Of a stretch of 64,000 bases of DNA, positions 28,960 to 38,513 are shown in pieces. The stretch covers positions 32,001 to 96,000 of the forward strand of contig JBCCQY010000005.1 of assembly GCA_039208735.1 (NCBI GenBank), read 5' to 3'. The position numbers were made by a program, and so were the translations under genes. The stretch's first letter is position 1; each line of letters begins with the position of its first letter. This DNA comes from Myxococcota bacterium (GTDB lineage Bacteria > Myxococcota_A > UBA796 > GCA-2862545). The notes under the pieces were generated by a model that saw only the letters and a list, made by a program, of their open reading frames with translations, had not been told where the DNA came from and made no database searches.

Positions 28960-29928
28960 TCAGCAACATCCGCCGCCGTTGTAGTGCCAGGTCGACTCGG
29001 TCACCACGAGGTCGTCGCGGCCCAAGGCCGCGAGCGCACCGGCGGTCTTGTCGCATACCGGCGCGGGCACGTCTTGGCGCAGCTCGTGGCCTTTGCCGTC
29101 GTCGAACCAGGGGTGGGCGCCAAAGTAGATCGCGGTCTTGCCGGTGAAGATGCAAGGCCCATCTTCGGGGATGGGGTGCTTGTAGGCCACGACTTCGACC
29201 GACTCGAGCAGGATCGACGTCTCAAGTCCAAACCGGGCCTTGTCGAGGAGGCGGTAGGGGCGGCGACCTCGGATCTCGATGGTGCCAAAGCCCGCCTTTA
29301 CGATGCGGTCTAGGTAGTTCTCGAGGGTCAACGAGCCCGACAGACACATCGCACGAAGGCGGTCATCGTCGACGAGGTGCCCAGGCAACGGCACCGGCGT
29401 AATCGGATCGGACAGGGACAACGCGCCCTCGGGGGCGAGCACGCGATGCGCCTCGTTGAGCGCCTGCTGTAGCTCGTCTTCGCGGAAGATGTTGAACAAG
29501 CAGTTTTGGGCCACGAGGCCCATGGAGTTGTCCTCGAGGGGCAGATTCAAGGCATCGCCCTGACGCAGATCGATCATGGCTTCGGTGAGCCACGGGTTCT
29601 GCTCCCGTGCGGTGGCCAGGTTGCGCTGGCACACCTCGATCATCTCGGGGACCGGGTCGACGCCCACGACGCCCTGGGGGCGCCGCGCAAGCGAGGCAAA
29701 CTGGATCAGCTCGAGTCCCCCGCCGACCCCGATGTAGAGCACCGGAGCGTCATCCGGAATGTCGCGTGGATGGACGGTGGTTCCGCAGCCGTAGTTCATC
29801 TCGACCATGACTTCGGGAATCGTGAGGTCGGGCATGTGCCAGGGCGGCGTCGACACACAACAGAGCTGGTCGTCTGGGGTGAGGGCCGCCGCTGCGTAGA
29901 GATCCTTGGCGGCCTGCAGGTAGGTCAT
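28960..29928 (-). CDS. arsM: Arsenite methyltransferase (arsenosugar-type ArsM)
   Basis: LCC, MNYGCG..V, Y.GVGGG SAM motif, QNCLFNI, RAMC.SG, DGPCIFTG, VCDKT, C-terminal GGGCC. Confidence 0.85.
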   Translation of the reverse strand: MTYLQAAKDLYAAAALTPDDQLCCVSTPPWHMPDLTIPEVMVEMNYGCGTTVHPRDIPDDAPVLYIGVGGGLELIQFASLARRPQGVVGVDPVPEMIEVCQRNLATAREQNPWLTEAMIDLRQGDALNLPLEDNSMGLVAQNCLFNIFREDELQQALNEAHRVLAPEGALSLSDPITPVPLPGHLVDDDRLRAMCLSGSLTLENYLDRIVKAGFGTIEIRGRRPYRLLDKARFGLETSILLESVEVVAYKHPIPEDGPCIFTGKTAIYFGAHPWFDDGKGHELRQDVPAPVCDKTAGALAALGRDDLVVTESTWHYNGGGCC

Positions 29929-29993
29929 CTTTTCCTCGGGGCGAACACGGTCGTGTAGACGTCTCCGAGGCCTTGGTTTCGTTGCGTTCGCGA

Positions 29994-31385
29994 TCAGGGG
30001 AAGATGCTGCGGAACGTTCCGATGAGATCGCGGTACTCGGGGGTCAGGCGAAGCGCGGCGAGGGGTCGGTCCTCGAGATCGCCCTCGCAAGGCTCATCTT
30101 CTTCGGTCTTTCCGCAATGACTGAAGAAATGCACGGCCGCCACCGCCGGGGTGCCGCGGTGGTAGACATACAGCGGCGATCCGCTGTCACCCGCCGATGC
30201 GTCACAGCTATGGTGCACGATTCTGGACCACCCATCGTTGTCGACCTCCTCGAACTCGCCTACGTCGCACGTCGCCGCATTGCCGTAGAGGTGGTCATCC
30301 TCGCAGGGCGTGGGGTCGTCGATGCGCTCGACGCCATCCGAGACGAAGTCGCAAATGGGGTAGCCGCGGCGGTAGATGTTGGCGTCTTGGAGGTCGGCCG
30401 CTCCATAGGTCACGCGACCCATCCAACCCACTTCGTCGCCCAGTCGAGCGGGGAGCACCAGGATGCCGTAGTCGGAGCCCCAGGTCCGGCTCGCGTTGCG
30501 CCAGGCGGAGGGGGTGTAGTACCAGAGCGCCTGGCCAGCGGGGATGTCGTTGACGTCGATGCGAACCTTGGCCACCTCGCTGGACCCGTTGGCGCCCGCC
30601 CGAACATCGAAACCGCTGTACCAACGGTCGTCCTTGCGGCTCCACAGACAGTGGCCCGCCGTGACCACGTGCCGAGGGCCGACCAGGGTGCCCGTACATC
30701 CGCCGCCCATCTGCACGATGCGGCGGTGGGCGGACAGGGTCACGTCAGCATCGATGCCGTAGATGCGGGTCCGGTCGTCTGCACCATTGCTCCAGGCCTG
30801 GGGGTCGGGGTAGGCCGAACGGGCGTCGTGGTCCTCTTCGGACGGCTCGGTACGGCTGCCCAGATCTCGGCGGTTTTCAATGTCGTACTTGCCGATCGAA
30901 TCGAGGAGCCCTCCTTCGAACGACACCGAGAACTCGTTGCCGGTGGCGCCATTGAACGCGGCGATGCTGTTGAGCAGATGATCTTCGATGGCGACCGGGC
31001 CGTCATGCGGCTTGGGCTCAATCTCGCCGCTATCTCCCTTGCCAAGGTAGCTAAGGACGATCCGATGGTCGGCGTCGTCGCGAAGGGGGACGATGCCGTC
31101 CAAGGCACCCAAGATCAGGGTCCGGGCGTCCTCGATGACCGTTGGATCATCCCGGCCATCGAACAGGTCGACCACAAGATGGCCATCGTCGGCCAGCTCG
31201 GTGATGCGCGGGTCCCCGAGTCGCTCGACGTCCGATGGGTCTGGGGTGCCGGTGTCCTCTGTCGGGGGCGGGGGGGCTGGCAGAGAAGGGGTGTCGCTGG
31301 AGGGCCTTTCGGGCAAGTCGTTGACCGGCAATTCCAGGCAACCAACCAGGGCAAGCGTAAGGGCGAGGGTGGAGGTGCGAATCAT
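29994..31385 (-). CDS. Lipoprotein V8/glutamyl endopeptidase-like trypsin-family serine protease
   Basis: Lipobox LVGC; CTGTLVG, TAGHC, DYG, GDSGSP catalytic triad motifs. Confidence 0.88.
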   Translation of the reverse strand: MIRTSTLALTLALVGCLELPVNDLPERPSSDTPSLPAPPPPTEDTGTPDPSDVERLGDPRITELADDGHLVVDLFDGRDDPTVIEDARTLILGALDGIVPLRDDADHRIVLSYLGKGDSGEIEPKPHDGPVAIEDHLLNSIAAFNGATGNEFSVSFEGGLLDSIGKYDIENRRDLGSRTEPSEEDHDARSAYPDPQAWSNGADDRTRIYGIDADVTLSAHRRIVQMGGGCTGTLVGPRHVVTAGHCLWSRKDDRWYSGFDVRAGANGSSEVAKVRIDVNDIPAGQALWYYTPSAWRNASRTWGSDYGILVLPARLGDEVGWMGRVTYGAADLQDANIYRRGYPICDFVSDGVERIDDPTPCEDDHLYGNAATCDVGEFEEVDNDGWSRIVHHSCDASAGDSGSPLYVYHRGTPAVAAVHFFSHCGKTEEDEPCEGDLEDRPLAALRLTPEYRDLIGTFRSIFP

Positions 31386-31489
31386 CGTGGGCCTCGTGGG
31401 TTTCACCGAAGCCGAATCGCAAGCCCCGTGCCACGACCGCGCCGTGGCAACGACCTCGTAATGATGGGGGTCGTCGAGCAATGAGCGGA

Positions 31490-31532
31490 GCGCTTGGGAT
31501 GCGCGCGATGAGCGAGCGCGCATCCCAAGCGC
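31490..31532. terminator. Long perfect hairpin after the giant TSP3-repeat gene
   Basis: GCGCTTGGGATGCGCGC-9 nt-GCGCGCATCCCAAGCGC (17-bp stem) 4 nt after the stop at 31537. Confidence 0.6.
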
Positions 31533-31536
31533 AAGC

Positions 31537-34500
31537 TTACGGGTGGGTGAAGCGAACCACGTTGCCTTGGACCATGCCGCCGTCGAAGCAGCTGTACTCC
31601 AAGAACACGCTCTGGTTGCCCTGAATCCCTGAGGTGGCCGAGGCCCCGTTGTCGATGCCGACCCCGGCCAGGGTGTCGACGTAGCAAATCTCGATGTCGT
31701 TGGAGCCTTCGCGGAGCACCGCGCGCACGTCGATTTGGCCGCCATTGAAGTGCGGAACCTTCCACTGCACTTCGAACTGTTGGTTTGGAGAAACGCCCGA
31801 AGTGCGCGCCCAGACCTGACCGCCCGCGGGGTTGAGGTCGTCCCACCACGCCATGATGCTGCGGCTCTGGGTGTTCACCGGCAGGCATTGGTTGTTGGGG
31901 GGTGAGACCGGCTGTTCGAAGTTCAAGGTGCCGTTCGAACCCACCCACACGCTGCTGTAGTCGATGCCGTAGAAGTCGAAGGCGAAGTTCAGCTGAACTT
32001 CGACGGTGCCTTCATCGCCAAGCCCGAGGGTGCTGCTGCTGGCTGAGAGATCGGGGCAAAGACCGGTGACGCCGGTCTCCTCACACATGCGGTAGCCAAA
32101 CACATCCGAGTCGAGTTCGGTGCAGTTCTCGTAGCGGTGAGCGGCCGAGATGCACTCCGAGTCTGCGGGGTAGTCCACGTTGCCGTCACCGTCGTCGTCC
32201 TGGCCGTTGAAGCAGGCGGGGGTGACCAACGGGTCGGTCTCATTGGGATCGAACGGCGTTTCACAGCCCGGGTCGAACGGGTAGTCCGTGAGGCCATCGC
32301 CATCTTGGTCGATGCCATCGTTGCATCCATCCCGCACGCCTTCGCAATCTTCCACGTACTCGATGGTGACCAGGGTTCCTGAATCGGGACGGTTCGATCC
32401 GTCGAACAGCACCGCATTCTGGGACTGGTCGTAGATCCAGCCCTCAACCGGCACGCCGTTCGCGCGAGCCAGGATCGTCTCGGGAACCGGAATGTCGTTG
32501 AGCGGGAAGGCGAGACTGGCGAGCGACTGGGTCGCGATTTCAGCGAGGTCCCCACCCCAATCGACGTTCAGGATGTCGAAGAACTGGCCTGAGGCCAAGG
32601 TGATGAGCTGGTCGTAGCCTGTCGAATCGTTCGGGTTGAGAATGCCGTTGACGACGACCTTGCCCGGATCGTTGTTCTTGAGACCAAGCCAGTAGGTGTA
32701 GGCCTGCAATGGGGTGGTTGAGCTGAAGTCGGACTCGTCGGAGACGAAGATGACCGACAGCACGGCGTCCGACCGTAAGAAGGCGCTGCCCGGAGCACAA
32801 TCGCCCCCCGGCTGGGTGCAGTCGTACGCACGCTGGATGCCTTCTTCGATACCGCTGCCCCCGGTTCCGAGATTCACCTGGGTGGCGAATTCGGCGGCGG
32901 CGCCGGGGGTGTTGGTGATGATGGGGCCCACCAGTGAGGACGATGACGTGCTGATGACGCCGACCTGCCAGGTGGCACCCACGCTCGTCATGGCCTGAAT
33001 GAAGGTGCTGAAGTTGGAGCCGAGGGCGGCCTGCTCGTTGCCCATCGAGCAGCTGTCGTCGACCACCAGCAGCAGGTCGATGTTGTTGGCTGGGGTCTGG
33101 GGGAAGGCGTCGATCTTGTCGAGGCCTACGCAGGGGTCGCAATCGTCGGGCACGCCATCGACGTCACGGTCGATCGAGTCGTCGAAACCGGGGCAGAGGT
33201 CGCAGGCGTCGGGCGTTTCGTCGAGGTCGGAGTCGAGGGTGTCGTCGCCATTCTCGCAGACGTCGCATCCGTCGGGCTTGCCGTCGCCATCGGCGTCTGC
33301 CGCATCGTCGAAGCCGGGGCACGCGTCGCAGTCGTTCGGCACGAGGTCGACGTCGTCATCGGCAAGGTCGTCGGCACCGGGGCAGACGTCGCACAGATCG
33401 GGGATCGTGTCGCCATCATCGTCGATGGCGTCATCGAAGCCCTCGCAAAGGTCACAGCTGTTGGCGAGCACATCTCCGTTCAGGTCAAGGCCCCCGGGCA
33501 CGCCGTCGAGGTCATCGTCGATGGCGTTGTCAAGGCCGGGGCAGATGTCGCATCCTTCACGGTCGGGGAACCCGTCGCCATCGGGGTCGTCGAGGTCGTC
33601 GAAGTCGGGACACAGATCACACAGATCGGGAATGGTGTCCTGGTCGTCATCGATCGCATCGTCGAAGCCTTCGCACAGGTCGCAGCTGCCTGCGAGCACC
33701 AAACCGTTCCCATCGAGCCCCCCCGGAACGCCGTCGAGGTCGTCATCGATGGCGTCGTCGAAGCCTTCACACCGGTCGCAGAAGTCGGGGATGGTGTCGA
33801 AGTCGGCGTCGTCGAGGTCATCGCCGTTAGGGCAGACGTCGCACTGGTTTGGAATGGTGTCTTGGTCATCGTCGAGGGCATCGTTGAAGCCTTCGCACTT
33901 GTCGCAGGCGTCGGGCACATTGTCGCCATCGGTGTCGATGTTGTTGTCGCCTAGCGTGCAGAGGTCACAATCGTCGGGGATGCCGTCCATGTCCCCGTCG
34001 AGGGCATCGTCGAAGCCTTCGCACTTGTCACAGTCGTCGGGCACGCCATCGCCGTCGGCGTCGAGGTTGTCGGGTCCGAGGTTGCAGATGTCGCAGCCGT
34101 TCGGGACCCCGTCGAGGTCGTCGTCGAGCCGGTCGTCGAAGCCTTCGCAGAGGTCGCAGCCCCCTGGCGTGATGCCACCGTCGCCCGGCACCCCGTCGAG
34201 ATCGGTGTCGATGCTGTCGTCGAAGCCCTCGCAGGCATCGCAGCTGGCCGGGCTGCCGTCGCCAGGAACCCCGTCAGAATCCAGGTCAATGGCGTCGTTG
34301 AAGCCTTCGCAAAGATCGCAGCTGTTGGGCAGGACGTTGCCGTTGGCGTCGACACCACCGGGAACGTCGTCGAAGTCGAGGTCGATGCGGTCATCGAAGT
34401 TGGGACAGGTGTCGCAACCATCGGGAATGGTGTCGGCGTCAGCGTCCATGAAGTTGTTGCCTTCGGGACACGAATCACAGTCGTCGGCAAAGCCGTCGTT

Positions 34501-35226
34501 GTCGATGTCGACGAGGTCATCGCCATCGGGGCAGCTGTCGCACTGGTCGGGCACCGTGTCGCCGTCGACATCGATGGTGTCGTCGAAACCCACACAGCGG
34601 TCGCATGCATCGGGTACGCCGTCTTTGTCGTTGTCGCGTCGGTCATCGCCGGCCAGGCAGATGTCGCACCCGTTCGGAATCGTGTCGCCATCGTCGTCAA
34701 CGTCAAGGGCCACGCTTTCGCAGACCGCAGACCCCGACATCGAGACCACGTCCTCGGGGAAGTTCTCGTCGTTGGTGGTGAGGACGAGCCGGTCCGAGAA
34801 GCTGCCGTAGCGAGGAGGCGCCACCTGAACCGTGATGTCGAAGGAGTCGGTCCCTTTGATGACGAGGGGTAGCGTCAGCTTGTCGCTGAGTTCGAAGGCG
34901 GCCGGGATGTCCTTCACCGTCGACTCGAAGGTCACCTCCGAAATCTCGAGTTGCCCGGAGCACGGGTTGGAAACTGTGAAGGTTTGCGAAGGGGTCTCCC
35001 CGAACTCGAATTCGGCGAATTCGAGTACGCTTGGCTTGATGTCGATGCAGGGGAGTTCGAAGTCACCGAGCAAGTCGCAATCAGGGCCCGTGCAGTCCGT
35101 CGTTTCTTCGGGTGGAAGAATGATTTCGCCTTGGCAGGCAATGAGCCCCCACGTGAGTACGAACGCCCACCATTGCGACGAGGACTGGAGTATTCGAGGG
35201 TTCCGCTTCGAAAGGGCATGCTTCAC
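31537..35226 (-). CDS. Large lipoprotein adhesin: Ig-like domain, ~23 thrombospondin type-3-like Ca-binding repeats, VWA domain, nidogen-like C-terminus
   Basis: Lipobox LIAC; 23 D.D.D..PD.CD.C units; DLLLVVDDSCSM (MIDAS DxSxS); F.F.FYG..Y..V.V.SNG.L.F and WWDDL. Confidence 0.85.
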   Translation of the reverse strand: MKHALSKRNPRILQSSSQWWAFVLTWGLIACQGEIILPPEETTDCTGPDCDLLGDFELPCIDIKPSVLEFAEFEFGETPSQTFTVSNPCSGQLEISEVTFESTVKDIPAAFELSDKLTLPLVIKGTDSFDITVQVAPPRYGSFSDRLVLTTNDENFPEDVVSMSGSAVCESVALDVDDDGDTIPNGCDICLAGDDRRDNDKDGVPDACDRCVGFDDTIDVDGDTVPDQCDSCPDGDDLVDIDNDGFADDCDSCPEGNNFMDADADTIPDGCDTCPNFDDRIDLDFDDVPGGVDANGNVLPNSCDLCEGFNDAIDLDSDGVPGDGSPASCDACEGFDDSIDTDLDGVPGDGGITPGGCDLCEGFDDRLDDDLDGVPNGCDICNLGPDNLDADGDGVPDDCDKCEGFDDALDGDMDGIPDDCDLCTLGDNNIDTDGDNVPDACDKCEGFNDALDDDQDTIPNQCDVCPNGDDLDDADFDTIPDFCDRCEGFDDAIDDDLDGVPGGLDGNGLVLAGSCDLCEGFDDAIDDDQDTIPDLCDLCPDFDDLDDPDGDGFPDREGCDICPGLDNAIDDDLDGVPGGLDLNGDVLANSCDLCEGFDDAIDDDGDTIPDLCDVCPGADDLADDDVDLVPNDCDACPGFDDAADADGDGKPDGCDVCENGDDTLDSDLDETPDACDLCPGFDDSIDRDVDGVPDDCDPCVGLDKIDAFPQTPANNIDLLLVVDDSCSMGNEQAALGSNFSTFIQAMTSVGATWQVGVISTSSSSLVGPIITNTPGAAAEFATQVNLGTGGSGIEEGIQRAYDCTQPGGDCAPGSAFLRSDAVLSVIFVSDESDFSSTTPLQAYTYWLGLKNNDPGKVVVNGILNPNDSTGYDQLITLASGQFFDILNVDWGGDLAEIATQSLASLAFPLNDIPVPETILARANGVPVEGWIYDQSQNAVLFDGSNRPDSGTLVTIEYVEDCEGVRDGCNDGIDQDGDGLTDYPFDPGCETPFDPNETDPLVTPACFNGQDDDGDGNVDYPADSECISAAHRYENCTELDSDVFGYRMCEETGVTGLCPDLSASSSTLGLGDEGTVEVQLNFAFDFYGIDYSSVWVGSNGTLNFEQPVSPPNNQCLPVNTQSRSIMAWWDDLNPAGGQVWARTSGVSPNQQFEVQWKVPHFNGGQIDVRAVLREGSNDIEICYVDTLAGVGIDNGASATSGIQGNQSVFLEYSCFDGGMVQGNVVRFTHP

Positions 35227-35543
35227 TGGTTCCTCCCGTGAGAGTCTCTGCGTGCGTCAACCGTGCGGCCGCCAGAGGGCTAGCGCGTGCAAACGAAACG
35301 GCGAAAAAAGGCCGTCAAAAGACATCGTTTGACACTACCGTAATGAAGGTCCCACTGGCCACCGTTTTATTTTCCCACGGTGAGGCACCGAAAGAAAGAG
35401 GTCTCATCACTCTTTTCGTGAGTGGCGGATCTGAACCCACCACAGACGGGCCACCGCATGCGGCAAAGTGCGCGCTTTGAATAGGAGTGCCCGGTCGTTC
35501 GTCCCTGGTCGATTAGGGGGATCCATCGGGTCGCGGAGGGGAT

Positions 35544-37205
35544 GTGGACGGCAGCGAGCTTCCAGCGGGCACGGTGGTCGACCGGTACACCGTGGAAGGA
35601 GTGGTCGGATACGGCGGTATGGCGGTCGTTTGGAAGGTTCGCCATAACGATTTGGGCAGTCTTCATGCCTTGAAGGTTCTGCAGACCCGCTCGCGGGTGG
35701 TCCGGGAACGCCTCGTCCAAGAAGGCCGCTTACAGGCCTCGATGCGCCATCCGAACCTCGTCGCCGTGACCGACTTGGTGGTGCTCGACGGCGGAGACCC
35801 CGGCCTCATCATGGAGTTGGTGCAGGGGCCTAGCCTTCGGGTCTTCCTCGACCAAGGTCCATTGACGTTGGAGCAAGCCGATGTCATTGCCGCAGGCATC
35901 CTCGCCGGGGTGGCCGAAGCGCATCGCTGTGACCTTGTGCATCGCGACCTGAAACCTGCGAACATCCTGCTTGAGCCAGGGACCGGAACGTTCGTCCCCA
36001 AGGTGGCGGATTTTGGAATCGCCAAGGCATTGGCCAACGATTCGCTCGACGACGCCTTTCGCACGCGGACGGGGGCCGTCATGGGCACTCCGCACTACAT
36101 GGCGCCCGAGCAGATCCTCGACTCGAGCAATGTAGGTCCGCAGGCGGACATTTTCGCGTTGGGGGTGGTGCTCTACGAGTTGGTGACCCACCAGCGTCCT
36201 TTTGATGGTGACACCTCGCTCGCCGTGTGCAACGCCGTGACCGCAGGTCTTTACGAGCCCCCCGAACTGCATGCGCCGGAGCTGCCGCGGTCCATGCAGG
36301 AGGCCATCCGGGCCGCGCTATCCGTCGACCCCGAGGAGCGTCCGGCGTCCGTCGAAGCCTTGACCGACCTCTGGTTTGCCGATCGGCTTCCCCCGCCCTC
36401 GAACGCCAAGCCGTTTCCGGGGGTGGAGCGCATCACATCTCGGCACCAAAGCCGGGGGGCCATCACCTGGGACCCGCCCTCTCCGCCTTCGGTGCCCGCA
36501 CTTGGGCGGTGGCCCCGTACGCTCGCGTTGCTTGCCGCCGGGCTCGGATTGGGCGGGTTGGGCATGCTTGGGGTGGGGGTGTACACCGTGTCGCAGCTCC
36601 TCGCGGAGCCCGCGGTGGAGGAGCCGCCAGTCGCGGTGGTGGCGGTGCCCGCGCCCGAACCACTGGCCGTGGTGGAGCCGGCGGGCCCGCCCGCGCTCGC
36701 CCCTGAGATCCCAAAGCCCGTCCCCGCGCCGGTTCCCGTGGTGCTTTCGCCCCCTGAGCCCGAAGGGATGACACTGTCGTTGGTGAGTCGACTGGCGAGA
36801 CAGGGAGGCGAGGCAGCCTGGCGTCGCCTCGGGACGGCGGTTCGCGGAGACCCCGACCCCAAAGTGCGGGCCGCAGCCTGGAATGCGGTGCTTCGAGGTT
36901 GGAACGACGAGCGTCCTGGGGTCAGCGGGCTTGAAGCCACGCTGGCCTGGCAGCTGGAACGGGCGCCGCGAAACGCAGCCGTGGCCGCGGCGGTGGCGTT
37001 GGGCGACCATGGACGGCGCGCTGAGTCGTTGATTCCCGGTTTGCGGAGACGGCTGCCTCGTGTACGTTTGGCCACCTTGGACGCCGTCTTGAAGTTGCGC
37101 AGGCGGACCCCAGGGTTCAACTGGCGCCCTCACGTGCGGCCGCTCACCAAGGCGGAGAGCGCTTTGGTGCGGCAGAAGGCGTCGCGGGTGCTCCGCAAGC
37201 TGTAG
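35544..37205 (+). CDS. Hanks-type Ser/Thr protein kinase with TM helix and HEAT-like C-terminus
   Basis: GYGGMA.V, ALKVL, HRDLKPAN, DFG, GTP.YMAPEQ, DIFALG. Confidence 0.93.
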   Translation: MDGSELPAGTVVDRYTVEGVVGYGGMAVVWKVRHNDLGSLHALKVLQTRSRVVRERLVQEGRLQASMRHPNLVAVTDLVVLDGGDPGLIMELVQGPSLRVFLDQGPLTLEQADVIAAGILAGVAEAHRCDLVHRDLKPANILLEPGTGTFVPKVADFGIAKALANDSLDDAFRTRTGAVMGTPHYMAPEQILDSSNVGPQADIFALGVVLYELVTHQRPFDGDTSLAVCNAVTAGLYEPPELHAPELPRSMQEAIRAALSVDPEERPASVEALTDLWFADRLPPPSNAKPFPGVERITSRHQSRGAITWDPPSPPSVPALGRWPRTLALLAAGLGLGGLGMLGVGVYTVSQLLAEPAVEEPPVAVVAVPAPEPLAVVEPAGPPALAPEIPKPVPAPVPVVLSPPEPEGMTLSLVSRLARQGGEAAWRRLGTAVRGDPDPKVRAAAWNAVLRGWNDERPGVSGLEATLAWQLERAPRNAAVAAAVALGDHGRRAESLIPGLRRRLPRVRLATLDAVLKLRRRTPGFNWRPHVRPLTKAESALVRQKASRVLRKL

Positions 37206-38513
37206 TCAACCGATCGCAGGACCGAGCGTGGTGCGGAGGGCCCGGAATGCCGCACGTTCGAACGCGGTGTCGATGAGGTTGCGCTGCTCCCGTGGATCGG
37301 CTTCGAGGTCAAAGGCGCCGACCCACGAGCCGGTGCGGTGGAAGTAGACCAGCTTGTGCGTTGCGCTGCGAGCGGTCACGAGGCCCATCGATTCCGCGAT
37401 GCGAGGGGTGATCGCGATGTCCAAGAGGCCTTTCGGGGGGCCGACATCCGCGATGGCGCGCAGGGTGTGGACGATATCGATGAGATCGACTGGCTCGGTC
37501 ACCGTGTGGGGTCGGGTCCCGCCAGGCGGTCGGACCACCAACGGCACGCGCAGTGCGCCCTCGTAGGGCACCACCTTGCGGGTGAGTCCGTGGTCCCCCA
37601 GTAGCTCGCCATGATCGGCGGTCACGATGACCCAGGTGTCGTCGAGTCGACCGGTGGATCGCAACGCGTCCACCACCTGGCCGATTCCTTGGTCCACGAG
37701 GGCGACTTTCGCGAAGTAGGCGGTGCGGAGGGCCCGGCGTTCGGCGTCGGTGAACCGACGAGGGCGTTGGCGCGAGGGCAGCGGGGAGCCCTCCCCAGCC
37801 GGGTCAATGGGCGGCGGAACACACGCGTCATCGGGGTCGCAGCGAAGGGAAAACGCGCGAGGCGCATCGAACGGCGGATGCGGACCGGGAAAGTTGACCT
37901 GCACGTAGAACGGAGTGTCGTCGTCGTGCGCCCGGAGCCAGGCGGCCGCGGGTCGGGCGCAAAAGGTGTCGAGCTGGTCTTCGGTAGTGAGGCGCCAAGG
38001 AGCCCCATCGGATGGGGTCAGCCCGTCACTATGGGCGAGGTAGTCCCTTCGTCGCAGGGCTTTGTCGGGTTCGCCCGGGCGCGTACTCGCGGAAAGCCAA
38101 TCCGAATAGGCGCTTTGGACGTGCAGCTGCTGGGCATCGGGGAGTTCCACCACATCCTGAAATCCCCACGCCTCCAAGAGGGGGCGATGATGGTCGAGGT
38201 GGCCGCGTCCGGGGGTGAGGTGGCTCTTGCCGATGAGTGCGGTGCGGTAGCCAGCCTCGCGAAGGTCGCGAACGTGGCTCGGATGTGCCAGCGGGTCGGG
38301 AATCGCATGGTTGGTCGAGTAGCCATGGACGTGGACGGGCTGTCCTGTCATCAGGGTGACGCGAGCGGGCCGGCAGAGCGGCGCGTTTGTCAGGCACGTC
38401 GCGTAGGTGGTGCTTTCGGCTCTGAGGGTCGCCAGATGCGGGGTAAGTACGGCACTGTGCGTATCGGCACGCCACTGGTCGGCGAAGATGAGTACGATGG
38501 AGGGACGACTCAC
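37206..38513 (-). CDS. Sulfatase-like hydrolase
   Basis: P.IVLIFADQWR, CRPAR (CxPxR FGly motif), GKSHL, PHPP, TADHG; GTG start overlapping upstream stop. Confidence 0.9.
   Translation of the reverse strand: MSRPSIVLIFADQWRADTHSAVLTPHLATLRAESTTYATCLTNAPLCRPARVTLMTGQPVHVHGYSTNHAIPDPLAHPSHVRDLREAGYRTALIGKSHLTPGRGHLDHHRPLLEAWGFQDVVELPDAQQLHVQSAYSDWLSASTRPGEPDKALRRRDYLAHSDGLTPSDGAPWRLTTEDQLDTFCARPAAAWLRAHDDDTPFYVQVNFPGPHPPFDAPRAFSLRCDPDDACVPPPIDPAGEGSPLPSRQRPRRFTDAERRALRTAYFAKVALVDQGIGQVVDALRSTGRLDDTWVIVTADHGELLGDHGLTRKVVPYEGALRVPLVVRPPGGTRPHTVTEPVDLIDIVHTLRAIADVGPPKGLLDIAITPRIAESMGLVTARSATHKLVYFHRTGSWVGAFDLEADPREQRNLIDTAFERAAFRALRTTLGPAIG

Noticed and set aside
28960..28962. Possible Sec read-through at the arsM TGA after GGGCC
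   Set aside because: GGGCC is the expected C-terminus of this family, and the extension is short and not protein-like
32999..34810. 603-aa Ser-rich plus-strand ORF
   Set aside because: Antisense shadow of the Asp-rich TSP3-repeat gene
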